DNA of 32,000 bases, from positions 529,164-561,163 of the forward strand of contig NZ_PQWO01000002.1 of the NCBI RefSeq assembly GCF_003231495.1. Reading direction: 5' to 3'. Under the pieces are notes generated by a model. The model was not told the DNA's origin. It made no database searches and worked only from the letters and a program-made list of their open reading frames with translations. Shown here in pieces: positions 15,791-24,169 of this stretch. The position numbers and the translations under genes are program-made. Origin of the DNA: Acaryochloris thomasi RCC1774. GTDB taxonomy: Bacteria; Cyanobacteriota; Cyanobacteriia; Thermosynechococcales; Thermosynechococcaceae. Position 1 is the stretch's first letter. Each line of letters opens with the position of its first letter.

Positions 15791-17419
15791 ATGCAGTATC
15801 TCTACCGCTCCTCGGCCTATCGAAGGTTTCGGCCAGCAAAGCTGTTGGGTCTCATGGTCCTGTTCAGTGCCTTGGCCGCCTGCAGCCCTCCTGGCGATGT
15901 GGCGGGGTCTTCTGCAAGCCGGCAGACTTCTGATCGCGCGCAACCGACGGCTGGTATCTCTCAAGAGGCGGCGGCTCCAGCAGAGGCAAAAGCTCTAGAG
16001 TCGGACGTGCTGTCTCAAGGGGAGACGTACAGCACGATTCAAGAGAACGCCTTCATGAAGGCTAGTTCCAGCCCCCTGTCAACTTTCGGTATTGATGTTG
16101 ATACTGCCTCCTACAGCAATATTCGCCGCTTCCTCAATCAGGGCCAGATGCCGCCTAAAGATGCGGTGCGAATCGAGGAGATGATCAACTATTTCACCTA
16201 CGACTATCCGCAACCCAAGGGTAATCAGCCTTTTTCCACTACTACTGAGGTTGCCGCTGCCCCCTGGAATCCTAAGCACCGCTTGGTCCATATTGGCCTG
16301 CAGGGACAGCGCCTTTCCACTGAGAATCTGCCGCCCAGTAATTTGGTCTTTTTGCTGGATGTGTCTGGCTCGATGAATGATCCCGATAAGCTGCCGCTGC
16401 TGAAGTCGTCGTTGCAGTTGATGGTGAATGAATTAAACGCCAATGATCGGGTGGCAATCGTGGTTTATGCAGGCAGTGCGGGTTTAGTTTTGCCTTCTAC
16501 ACCTGGAAGCCAAAAGGACACAATTCTAGCGGCGCTGGACAAATTAGAAGCTGGCGGATCCACTGCCGGAGGAGAAGGGTTGAATCTGGCCTATCAAGTG
16601 GCTCAGGAACAGTTTATTGAGTCGGGAAATAATCGCATTGTGATGGCGACCGATGGTGACTTCAATGTCGGGCCTGCTAGCGATGCGGAGCTAGTGAAGC
16701 TGATTGAGGAAAAACGTGAGCAGGGGGTCTTTTTGACGGTTCTAGGGTTTGGACAGGGGAATTTGCAGGACGCCAAGATGGAGCAGATCGCGGATAGGGG
16801 CAATGGTCAGTTTGCCTATATTGATAGCCTGTTAGAGGCGAAGAAAGCTCTGGTGAAAGAGTTGGGCGGGACGCTGGTTGCGATCGCAAAGGACGTAAAG
16901 CTCCAGGTCGCCTTCAATCCCGAGCAAGTGCAAGCCTATCGTCTGATTGGCTACGAAAACCGGTTACTGGCAACTCAAGACTTTGAAGACGACCGCAAAG
17001 ATGCCGGAGAGCTAGGGGCGGGGCATTCCGTCACCGCTCTTTATGAAATCATTCCAGCGGGGGTTAAAAGTGAAACTCCCATCTCGGCGAACGGGGAAGA
17101 ATCAGAGCCATTACCAACCTTCAAGCCGAATGAACTCTTGCAGGTGAATCTTCGCTATAAACAGCCGCAAGGCTCTAAGTCTCAGTTATTAGCAACCTCC
17201 GTAACGGATCAGGGATTAACGTTCCAGAAAGCCTCCACAGATTTGAAATTTTCGGCGGCGGTGGCTGCGTTTGGCATGGTTCTGCGCGACTCTGCCTATA
17301 AAGGAACGGCCACGCTAGATCAGGTGCAAAAGTGGGTGGCTCAATCCCAAGGCCCTGATTTAGATGGCTACCGGGCCGAGTTCCTACGTTTAGTTGAGAA
17401 GGGCAAAAAGCTTTCTTAG
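15791..17419 (+). CDS. YfbK-type von Willebrand factor A domain lipoprotein
   Basis: The ORF is 542 aa. The signal peptide has the lipobox LAAC (RRFRPAKLLGLMVLFSALAAC). The N-terminal vWA-interacting region reads STFGIDVDTASYSNIRRFLNQGQMPPKDAVRIEEMINYF. The vWA MIDAS motif is FLLDVSGSM. The C-terminal region is DUF3520-like. Confidence 0.88.
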   Translation: MQYLYRSSAYRRFRPAKLLGLMVLFSALAACSPPGDVAGSSASRQTSDRAQPTAGISQEAAAPAEAKALESDVLSQGETYSTIQENAFMKASSSPLSTFGIDVDTASYSNIRRFLNQGQMPPKDAVRIEEMINYFTYDYPQPKGNQPFSTTTEVAAAPWNPKHRLVHIGLQGQRLSTENLPPSNLVFLLDVSGSMNDPDKLPLLKSSLQLMVNELNANDRVAIVVYAGSAGLVLPSTPGSQKDTILAALDKLEAGGSTAGGEGLNLAYQVAQEQFIESGNNRIVMATDGDFNVGPASDAELVKLIEEKREQGVFLTVLGFGQGNLQDAKMEQIADRGNGQFAYIDSLLEAKKALVKELGGTLVAIAKDVKLQVAFNPEQVQAYRLIGYENRLLATQDFEDDRKDAGELGAGHSVTALYEIIPAGVKSETPISANGEESEPLPTFKPNELLQVNLRYKQPQGSKSQLLATSVTDQGLTFQKASTDLKFSAAVAAFGMVLRDSAYKGTATLDQVQKWVAQSQGPDLDGYRAEFLRLVEKGKKLS

Positions 17420-17463
17420 AGGTTTCGTGGAAGGTATCAAGCATTCTGCATTGGCCCCCTAAA

Positions 17464-17481
17464 TCCCCCACTTGTGGGGGA
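17464..17481 (+). terminator. Hairpin downstream of the vWA gene (weak terminator candidate)
   Basis: TCCCCCA-CTTG-TGGGGGA forms a 7-bp stem with a 4-nt loop, followed by CTTTGAACTTCTT. It overlaps the TTG (17472) that opens the next ORF. This argues that the kinase starts at ATG 17508. Confidence 0.4.
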
Positions 17482-17507
17482 CTTTGAACTTCTTATCGCA
17501 AAAAACG

Positions 17508-18680
17508 ATGACTTTCTCTCAGCCACAGCTTCCTGATTTTAGTAACCAGGGGTATCGGGTCGAAAAAATGCTCGGTCGCAATAAACAGGGTGGCCGAGTG
17601 ACCTATTTAGCGACAGCCCTATCGCCAGCGCAGCCGGTGGTGATCAAGCAGTTCCAGTTTGCTCAGACCGGAGCGCAGTGGTCTGATTATGATGCCCACC
17701 AGCGCGAGTTAGGGATGCTCCAGCAGTTGTCGCATCCTTCTATCCCAGCTTATTTGGACGCTTTCGAGACCAAGGCTGGCTTTTGTTTGGTTCAAGAATA
17801 TAAAGACGCGCCTTCTCTGGCAGAACCGCGATCTTTTACAGAAGCTGAGGTTAAGGAAGTTGCGATCGCAACCCTAAAAGTCTTGATTTACCTGCAGCAG
17901 CAAACCCCGCCGATTATTCACCGCGATCTGAAGCCCGAAAACATTCTGGTGGATCAAAATCTACAGGTCTATCTGGTTGATTTTGGTCTGGCGCGTTTAG
18001 AAGGAGACGACCTGGCCGCCAGCAGCATTGTCAAAGGCACCTTAGGATTTATGCCGCCGGAGCAGCTATTTAACCGTCCGCTCACCCCCGCCTCTGATCT
18101 GTATGGCTTAGGGGCAACGCTGACTTGCCTGCTCAGCCGGACGCCATCCGCCGCCATTGGTCAGCTTATGGATGAGACAGGTCGGATCAAATACAAACCC
18201 CTATTGCCCCATTTAGAATCAGGCTTCAGCCGATGGCTCGGGAAAATGGTGGCTCCCAAACTAGAAGATCGCTATGCCAGTGCAGCAGAGGCGTTAGATG
18301 CCCTCAATGTGAGGCATAAACCTGGGGTGGTAAAAGTTGTGATCGCGCTTGGGGGAGTTGCGATCTTATCTAGTGCAGGATTTCTGTGGACTAATTTACG
18401 GCCTGCTTCTGTCCCTTCGCTTTCTGGGCCTCTGGTACGGTTACGGAAGACTCAATCCTGTGTCGGCTGCGATTTGAGCGGTGTTAATTTAAAGGGCACT
18501 GATTTAAGGAGCGTGGATTTGACGGGGGCTAACTTGCAGGGCGCTGATCTGCGGAAAGCTGACCTGAGAGGTGCCTATCTAGCTAGAGCAAATCTCACCT
18601 CAGCTCAAATAGAAGGAGCGATTTTAGCAAGTACAGATCTTAGAGGAGCAACCATGCCCGATGGCTCGATACATCCGTAA
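17508..18680 (+). CDS. Membrane Ser/Thr protein kinase with C-terminal pentapeptide-repeat domain
   Basis: The kinase motifs are intact: VVIKQF, HRDLKPENILV, DFGLAR and GTLGFMPPEQ. A TM helix (VVKVVIALGGVAILSSAGFLW) follows. Tandem A(D/N)LXX pentapeptides then run as CDLSGVNLKGTDLRSVDLTGANLQGADLRKADLRGAYLARANLTSAQIEGAIL. Confidence 0.9.
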   Translation: MTFSQPQLPDFSNQGYRVEKMLGRNKQGGRVTYLATALSPAQPVVIKQFQFAQTGAQWSDYDAHQRELGMLQQLSHPSIPAYLDAFETKAGFCLVQEYKDAPSLAEPRSFTEAEVKEVAIATLKVLIYLQQQTPPIIHRDLKPENILVDQNLQVYLVDFGLARLEGDDLAASSIVKGTLGFMPPEQLFNRPLTPASDLYGLGATLTCLLSRTPSAAIGQLMDETGRIKYKPLLPHLESGFSRWLGKMVAPKLEDRYASAAEALDALNVRHKPGVVKVVIALGGVAILSSAGFLWTNLRPASVPSLSGPLVRLRKTQSCVGCDLSGVNLKGTDLRSVDLTGANLQGADLRKADLRGAYLARANLTSAQIEGAILASTDLRGATMPDGSIHP

Positions 18681-18777
18681 TAGAAGGCGGTCGTTTCGTT
18701 GAATATCCGATGCAGACATTACTCAGCCGAATACTGCTACCGCAAGAGGCTCTACGCTAGCCCCACAGCCCTCAATC

Positions 18778-18931
18778 CTGGGGGGAGAGCAGCTTTATCT
18801 TGTGACATCTTGGCGACAAATCAGTACCGCTCGTTAGTTTGTCGCTCACACGCTTGCCATGACCAAAACTCAGTTGTGAGAGTAGTCTGATGGTGACACT
18901 ACCATGACATCTTTCAGCATTCTCCCCCCAG
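18778..18931. repeat. 154-bp element bounded by 11-bp perfect inverted repeats (MITE-like or structured RNA candidate)
   Basis: CTGGGGGGAGA (18778-18788) is the reverse complement of TCTCCCCCCAG (18921-18931). An internal 8-bp hairpin pairs GCGACAAA with TTTGTCGC. No credible ORF lies inside. Confidence 0.3.
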
Positions 18932-18966
18932 ATTTGGGGCCGGGGGCAACGCAGGATCGTGAGAGG

Positions 18967-19530
18967 TTATTTTGACAGCCCTGCTCGCTCAAAGACTTTA
19001 TTCACTTGCAGTTCTAAGCCAGGTAATAGAGAATCAGCAATCATGTTGTCTCCCTGATAGGTCAGGGGAGCGCTATCGGGTGCGAAAACTGTAATTGTTT
19101 GAGCCTGAGAATCTAAAACCCAAACTCGTAGAATGCCAGCCGTTAAATAATCTGATGCCTTGGCTGCCATCCCGCCAAAAGTCTGATCTGGGGAGATAAT
19201 TTCAATCACCCAATCGGCAGGGACAGGGCAAGGTGCATCCTCTAGCCAATCTGCCGCCAGCCGCTCGAACGAAACATAGGTCAAATCTGGAACCGGAACC
19301 CAGTCTCGATCTCTGCGCTTTAAAACGACAGCCCATTCTGGATAAAAATGTCCTCTCTCTGACGCCCAATCATCAACCAGCTTGATCAGCGATTTCTGAA
19401 CACCCGCATGGAAACGCTTAGGAGACACCTTAGGAATAATTTCACCCTCTATCAGCTCATACCGATCGTTACTCTCAGGCATTGCCAGAAAGTCTTGCAC
19501 TGTCATTGGCTTTGAAGACGTTCTAATCAT
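18967..19530 (-). CDS. Uma2-family (DUF820) endonuclease
   Basis: The 187-aa ORF has the typical N-terminus MTVQDFLAMPESNDRYELIEGEII..SPKRFHAGVQ. The core motifs ...PDLTYVS... and VIEIISPD are also typical of the Uma2 PD-(D/E)XK-like family. Confidence 0.8.
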   Translation of the reverse strand: MIRTSSKPMTVQDFLAMPESNDRYELIEGEIIPKVSPKRFHAGVQKSLIKLVDDWASERGHFYPEWAVVLKRRDRDWVPVPDLTYVSFERLAADWLEDAPCPVPADWVIEIISPDQTFGGMAAKASDYLTAGILRVWVLDSQAQTITVFAPDSAPLTYQGDNMIADSLLPGLELQVNKVFERAGLSK

Positions 19531-19565
19531 GAGAGGCTGAGCAAACTTACGTCCAGTCTAGCAGC

Positions 19566-19610
19566 CGTGCTGTGGGAGGAAGCTGCGATCTCACAGCACG
19601 TTTATTCTCT
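19566..19610 (+). other. Orphan terminator-like hairpin between Uma2 and the toxin-antitoxin module
   Basis: CGTGCTGTG (19566-19574) pairs with CACAGCACG (19592-19600) in a 9-bp perfect stem with a 17-nt loop. TTTATTCTCT follows on the + strand. No + strand gene lies upstream of it. Confidence 0.3.
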
Positions 19611-19754
19611 GTAGCTCCTGAAGTTTGAACGTGTGCATGGCATCAACTTCAAGTAGAGCGCCTTCGATATACTTTTAGAGATGGCCAACTTAGTGAAGTT
19701 TACGCATCCTATGGTAGAGATCCAGCACCCGGCTTTCCTCTCCAGCGTGATCTG

Positions 19755-19970
19755 ATGAATGATACGCAAGCCCTTGCAGAAGAGTTAAATATTTCTTGGA
19801 AACAATTAATTACCGTCGCTCTTCAAGACTTCATCCGCCGATATCGTGGCCGAAAACATCTAATCGAGAAAATCAACGCTGCTTACACAGACGCTCCCGA
19901 CGAAGAAGAAAGACTCCTCCTGCAAAAAATGCGCTCAAGTCATCGTCGCATTGTTGAAGATGAATGGTAA
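19755..19970 (+). CDS. Putative antitoxin of the MazF/PemK module
   Basis: This 71-aa ORF overlaps the toxin start by 7 nt (ATGGTAA). It is helical and has an acidic C-terminus. No obvious N-terminal beta-strand of an RHH or AbrB fold is visible. Confidence 0.55.
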   Translation: MNDTQALAEELNISWKQLITVALQDFIRRYRGRKHLIEKINAAYTDAPDEEERLLLQKMRSSHRRIVEDEW

Positions 19971-20281
19971 GCAATCAGGGCGATGTCTTCTGGGTTGATT
20001 TGGGTGACCCCGTGGGTTCGGCTCCTGGATACCTTCATCCTCATGTTGTTGTTTGTGCGTTGACCTCTAATCTGAAACGAGCTTCTGTGCCAGGAAACAT
20101 ACTTGTGGAGATGGGCGAAGCCAACCTACCCAAGCAAAGCGTTGTCAATATTTCTCAGGTATTTACGATTGATAGAAGTCAGTTGAACGAGAAAATTGGT
20201 ACGCTCTCACCGAGTCGAGTGCACCAGATAATCGATGGGTTACACCTACTTCTGGACCCTTATGAATTCTCAGAGTGGTAA
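19964..20281 (+). CDS. PemK/MazF-family toxin, probably carrying an internal in-frame deletion
   Basis: The ORF is 105 aa. The N-terminal motif is [25 protein letters not shown] and the distal motif is [18 protein letters not shown]...[22 protein letters not shown]. The 10-17 residues that normally separate the RPxVVV strand from the VVxxxTS strand in MazF and Kid are absent. Confidence 0.7.
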   Translation: MVSNQGDVFWVDLGDPVGSAPGYLHPHVVVCALTSNLKRASVPGNILVEMGEANLPKQSVVNISQVFTIDRSQLNEKIGTLSPSRVHQIIDGLHLLLDPYEFSEW

Positions 20282-21325
20282 CTGCTGCAGACAGTCTGAC
20301 TGCTGTAGGTCGGCCAGCGTTGCATTGCCTGTACATAACAGCACCGTCTGCAGCTCTGCCATCAAAATCTCTACTAAGGCGTGGACTGCCGCCTCTGAAT
20401 CATGGGCGGCTTTCAAGAAGGGATAGGCCATACCCGCTAAATCTGCGCCGAGTGCGATCGCCTTTGCTACATCCAAGCCGTTCCGCAGCCCACCCGAAGC
20501 AATCAGAGGCAGTGTTGGATGAACCTGACGAATGCTTGTGAGGCAGTCTGCTGTGGGGATGCCCCAATCGGAAAAGGTTTGCCCCAATCGTCGCTGTCGC
20601 AGATCCTCCGCTCGTTCGCCCTCTACCTTGGCCCAGGATGTTCCGCCCGCGCCTGCCACATCAATAGCCGTGACGCCAGCCTCTAGCAGTTGAGTTGCGA
20701 TCGCAACTGAAATACCATTCCCGACTTCTTTGGCAATTACGGGTACTGGCAGGTAGGCGCAAAGATCGGCAATCTTGGCAAATAGCCCCTGAAAGTTAGT
20801 ATCCCCTCGACTCTGAACGCATTCTTGCAGCGGATTGATGTGCAAAATTAGGGCATCGGCCTCTAAGAGATCCACTGCCTGTTGACATTCTGCCAAGCCA
20901 TAACCATAGTTGAGCTGAACCGCTCCTAAATTGGCAAATAACGGAATATCAGGCGCGAACGAGCGGACTGAAAACGTGTCAGAAAGCTGGGGCTGTTCAA
21001 CGGCAATGCGCTGTGAGCCAACGCCCATCGCTAATCCGTGGGCCTGAGCGACCCTTGCCAACCGTGTATTGATGGTGCGAGCAATCTCTGTCCCTCCCGT
21101 CATTGATGAGATTAGGAGTGGCGTCTGGAGCGGCTTACCAAGAAAGGTGGTGCCTAACTGAATATTCTGCGCGTCTAGCTCCGGTAGGCAGCAGTGGGTA
21201 AACCGATAGTGTTCTAAACCCGTGGTCACCTCTTTGCACTGGACCTGATCGTCCAGACAGATCCTTAGATGATCGGCCTTTCTGCTTTGAATCGCGCTAT
21301 CGGGTGGGGTCGGTGCAATCGTCAC
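20270..21325 (-). CDS. fni: Type 2 (FMN-dependent) isopentenyl-diphosphate delta-isomerase
   Basis: The ORF is 351 aa with a GTG start. It has [14 protein letters not shown], the TIM-barrel FMN-binding motifs VIAKEVGNG and GGTSWA, and the glycine-rich [18 protein letters not shown]. Confidence 0.9.
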   Translation of the reverse strand: MTIAPTPPDSAIQSRKADHLRICLDDQVQCKEVTTGLEHYRFTHCCLPELDAQNIQLGTTFLGKPLQTPLLISSMTGGTEIARTINTRLARVAQAHGLAMGVGSQRIAVEQPQLSDTFSVRSFAPDIPLFANLGAVQLNYGYGLAECQQAVDLLEADALILHINPLQECVQSRGDTNFQGLFAKIADLCAYLPVPVIAKEVGNGISVAIATQLLEAGVTAIDVAGAGGTSWAKVEGERAEDLRQRRLGQTFSDWGIPTADCLTSIRQVHPTLPLIASGGLRNGLDVAKAIALGADLAGMAYPFLKAAHDSEAAVHALVEILMAELQTVLLCTGNATLADLQQSDCLQQLPL

Positions 21326-21441
21326 GATTTTTGACGGTAGGGGGCTTAGATAATGGTACTGAAAAGAGGCTGACGGCAGGTGTTCTTCTTGATGGCTTTT
21401 GCCCAGGAAAGTTTCCGGTCCTTCAGAGTTGAGTCAGCGGA

Positions 21442-22377
21442 TTATGTTGTCTGGAGCTGAATACCGCTGCAGCAGAACTGGGTGACCCACAGATCTAGAT
21501 CGGGGTCACCCACTGCGACTTCTAACTGAGTCTTCAGAAGTTGAGCTTCTTCCCGTGAATTCATAAGTGCAAAAACGGTGGGGCCTGAACCCGACATTAG
21601 GGTGCCGAGACAGCCCAACTGCTGAAATTTTTCTCGCAGCGCCAGCACCTGCGGATGTTCGAGTAAGACCACCCGCTCTAAGTCGTTGTAGAGGTATTTC
21701 GGAATCTGTTCTTGATCTTGATGATTGATTGCCGTTAGCAGCGGTACCGATGGCCCTGATCGTCGCCGCTGTTCCTGGGTCTCTGAGGTCTTGGCGTAGG
21801 TGTCGCCAAACTTTTGGCGATAGGTTTTGTAGGCCCAAGGGGTTGAAACAGAGAGGCTACGGTATTTAGCTAAGACGGCGTAGAGCTGATGGGGGTCAGG
21901 GAGTGGCGTGAGATGTTCGCCGCGACCCAGCGCCAGCGCAGTTCCCCCAGAGACACAGAAGGGGATGTCAGAGCCGAGTGCAGCCCCGAGAGTCTGGAGT
22001 TCAGCCTGCGTTAAGCCGAGGTTCCACATCAGATCTAGTCCCACTAAGACCGCCGCTGCGTCAGCGGAACCGCCTGCAAGTCCGGCGCCAATGGGAATAT
22101 GCTTCTGAATGGTGATCTCCACACCGCCCCGATCAGGGAACTGGGTCTGCATGAGTGTCGCGGCTCGATGCGCGAGATTGCTGGAGTCGAGCGGTACGTC
22201 TGGATGGCTGCAGTTGAGTTGAATTTGATCGCCTGGGAGCGCTTTAAGTTCAATAATGTCGGCGAGATCGATGCTCTGCAGCACCATCACTAATTCATGG
22301 AAGCCGTCAGGGCGGTCGCCGATGATTTCGAGCAGGAGGTTGATTTTGGCTGGGGCTATCAGAGTGTAGGTAGGCAT
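21442..22377 (-). CDS. ispE: 4-(cytidine 5'-diphospho)-2-C-methyl-D-erythritol kinase
   Basis: The 311-aa ORF has APAKINLLLEIIGDRPDGFHEL and the GHMP kinase motif PIGAGLAGGSADAAA. Confidence 0.93.
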   Translation of the reverse strand: MPTYTLIAPAKINLLLEIIGDRPDGFHELVMVLQSIDLADIIELKALPGDQIQLNCSHPDVPLDSSNLAHRAATLMQTQFPDRGGVEITIQKHIPIGAGLAGGSADAAAVLVGLDLMWNLGLTQAELQTLGAALGSDIPFCVSGGTALALGRGEHLTPLPDPHQLYAVLAKYRSLSVSTPWAYKTYRQKFGDTYAKTSETQEQRRRSGPSVPLLTAINHQDQEQIPKYLYNDLERVVLLEHPQVLALREKFQQLGCLGTLMSGSGPTVFALMNSREEAQLLKTQLEVAVGDPDLDLWVTQFCCSGIQLQTT

Positions 22378-22392
22378 ACCGGCGGGAGATAA

Positions 22393-23208
22393 CTAGGCGG
22401 GATGAAGACTGTTACTTAAGGCAACCCATCGATCCACGCTCAGATCTTCTGCCCGTGCTTGAGGGGAGACGCCTAACTGTTCCAGTATGACGGTTAGCTG
22501 GTCTCGATCAACGACTGAGTTGAGGTTGTTGCGCAACATTTTGCGGCGACTGGAAAACCCTAATTTGACGAGGGTTTGAAACCAGCGTGGGTTTTCTGTC
22601 TGTTGGGGGTAAGGGCGAGGGCAGAGTCGCACGACGGCGGAGTCTACTTTGGGTCGCGGCTTAAAGGCGATGTTGGGGACGTGGCAAATATATTCGCAGG
22701 TGGCGAGATATTGGGTCCGCACGGACATGGCACCAAAGATTTTAGAACCGGACTGAGCCGTTAGCCGCTCAGCCACTTCTTTCTGCAGCAGCAGTACGAT
22801 GCTCTTAAAAGCAGGCTCCCGAGGCTTGGCTAAGCTCCCCAACACGAGGTCAAGGATGGGACCGGTGATGTTGTAGGGAATGTTGGCGACGACTTTGTTG
22901 GGGTCGGCAAATTTGGGATAGTGCCCAAACATTGCACCTAAATCCACTGAGAGGATGCTGTCTTGAAGCAGGAGAAAATTATCGCTGTCTCGAAATTTGT
23001 GAATCAGAAGCTTACACAGGTCTCGATCGATCTCTACGGCGGTCACGGTCTCAGCTAGGGGCAGCAGTTTTTGCGTCAGTAAGCCGGTGCCAGGACCGAT
23101 TTCTAAGATGCGATCGCAACTTTCAATCTCTGCTGCCGCCACAATTTGCTCTAGGACAGCCTGACTTTTCAGCCAATGCTGACCAAATCGTTTACGGGGA
23201 TTGGGCAT
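22393..23208 (-). CDS. rsmA: 16S rRNA (adenine1518/1519-N6)-dimethyltransferase RsmA/KsgA
   Basis: The 271-aa ORF has RKRFGQHWL, the SAM motif ILEIGPGTGLLT and NIPYNITGPIL. It lies 15 nt upstream of ispE, which is the widely conserved ksgA-ispE arrangement. Confidence 0.93.
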   Translation of the reverse strand: MPNPRKRFGQHWLKSQAVLEQIVAAAEIESCDRILEIGPGTGLLTQKLLPLAETVTAVEIDRDLCKLLIHKFRDSDNFLLLQDSILSVDLGAMFGHYPKFADPNKVVANIPYNITGPILDLVLGSLAKPREPAFKSIVLLLQKEVAERLTAQSGSKIFGAMSVRTQYLATCEYICHVPNIAFKPRPKVDSAVVRLCPRPYPQQTENPRWFQTLVKLGFSSRRKMLRNNLNSVVDRDQLTVILEQLGVSPQARAEDLSVDRWVALSNSLHPA

Positions 23209-23275
23209 AAATCACGAGCAAAATACAGCGAGCACTCAGCCTATCCTAAATCAGGCCCAGCGCTCGCAATGTAGA

Positions 23276-24112
23276 CTATCCCTTCTTAGAACCAATGGTC
23301 TCTTTGAGATCAAACAGGAGCGGGATGGGCGCTGACCCTTCTCCTGTTACCAGTACCTGAGGCATCTGCGATCCGCCTTGCTTCCAAGCTTCAATCGCTT
23401 CTTTCTGGAGTACCAGTTGACCGCCTTGCTCTTTAAGCGTTTCGGCTAAGAGTTTCTGTGCTTCGGCCTTACCCTTGGCACGGTTTACAGTTGCGGTGGC
23501 TTCTTGTTCCGCCTCTCGAGCGATATAAACGGCTCGCTGGGCACGCTGTTCAGCAATTTGTTTCTCTTCAACCGCCTGGGCAAATTCGGGCGAGAACCTG
23601 AGATCGACAACGCTGGTATCAAGGACAATCACGCCATATTTCTCAAGCCGGACGCCTAGGGCATCATCAAAGTCGGCCTTTAGCTGATCACGCTTAGTGA
23701 TAGCTTCTTCTACCGTTCGGCGTGAGGCGGCAATCTTAAAGGATTCTTGGGTCTGAGGAGCAATAATCTTGGAGACAATATTTTGAAGCGACCCCTGCTT
23801 CCGTCTGATTTCAACGACCTGAACGGGGTCAATGCGGAAGTTGATCGCAAAGCTCGCGGTCAGATCCTGCAGATCTTTGGTTGAACTTTGGGCTGGAACT
23901 TCAAATTTTTGGACCGTCAAATCATAGATATCAACGTTAGAGATAAAGGGAGGCTTGTAATGTATTCCCTCTAAAAGGGAACCATCACGGGCTTTACCTA
24001 AAACGCTCAAGACACCGGCCTGACCTGGATTGATGATCACAACGCAGTTGAGGCCTAAGAGTACCACCAGCGCCAAAACAATGCCGAACGTGGCGGCACT
24101 GAAATCCTTCAT
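23276..24112 (-). CDS. Prohibitin / SPFH (band 7) family membrane protein
   Basis: It has an N-terminal TM helix (FGIVLALVVLLGLNCVVI), an SPFH core (INPGQAGVLSVLGK...VLDTSVVDLRFSPEF) and a coiled-coil tail (AEQRAQRA...). The ORF is open to ATG 24169, but ATG 24112 (MKDFSAATFG...) gives the typical N-terminus. Confidence 0.85.
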   Translation of the reverse strand: MKDFSAATFGIVLALVVLLGLNCVVIINPGQAGVLSVLGKARDGSLLEGIHYKPPFISNVDIYDLTVQKFEVPAQSSTKDLQDLTASFAINFRIDPVQVVEIRRKQGSLQNIVSKIIAPQTQESFKIAASRRTVEEAITKRDQLKADFDDALGVRLEKYGVIVLDTSVVDLRFSPEFAQAVEEKQIAEQRAQRAVYIAREAEQEATATVNRAKGKAEAQKLLAETLKEQGGQLVLQKEAIEAWKQGGSQMPQVLVTGEGSAPIPLLFDLKETIGSKKG

Positions 24113-24169
24113 AATGTTTCCCAATACAGTTACACCTATCAGCGTAGCGGATTGTATGGGCGAGCACAT

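Noticed and set aside
15603-15964. Three overlapping 62-78-aa ORFs in the ppx / vWA divergent region
   Set aside because: They are mutually exclusive, overlap the well-supported vWA lipoprotein N-terminus or the promoter region, and lack recognisable features.
15791-18680. vWA protein plus Ser/Thr kinase as a vWA-based ternary conflict/defence system
   Set aside because: The vWA protein is a YfbK-type lipoprotein, a widespread housekeeping-like family. No FHA or PP2C partner is adjacent. A hairpin separates it from the kinase gene. Adjacency alone is insufficient.
18699-18890. 63-aa ORF between the kinase and Uma2
   Set aside because: It has no RBS, a Cys/Arg-rich composition and no recognisable motif. 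It overlaps the IR-bounded 154-bp element, which explains the region better.
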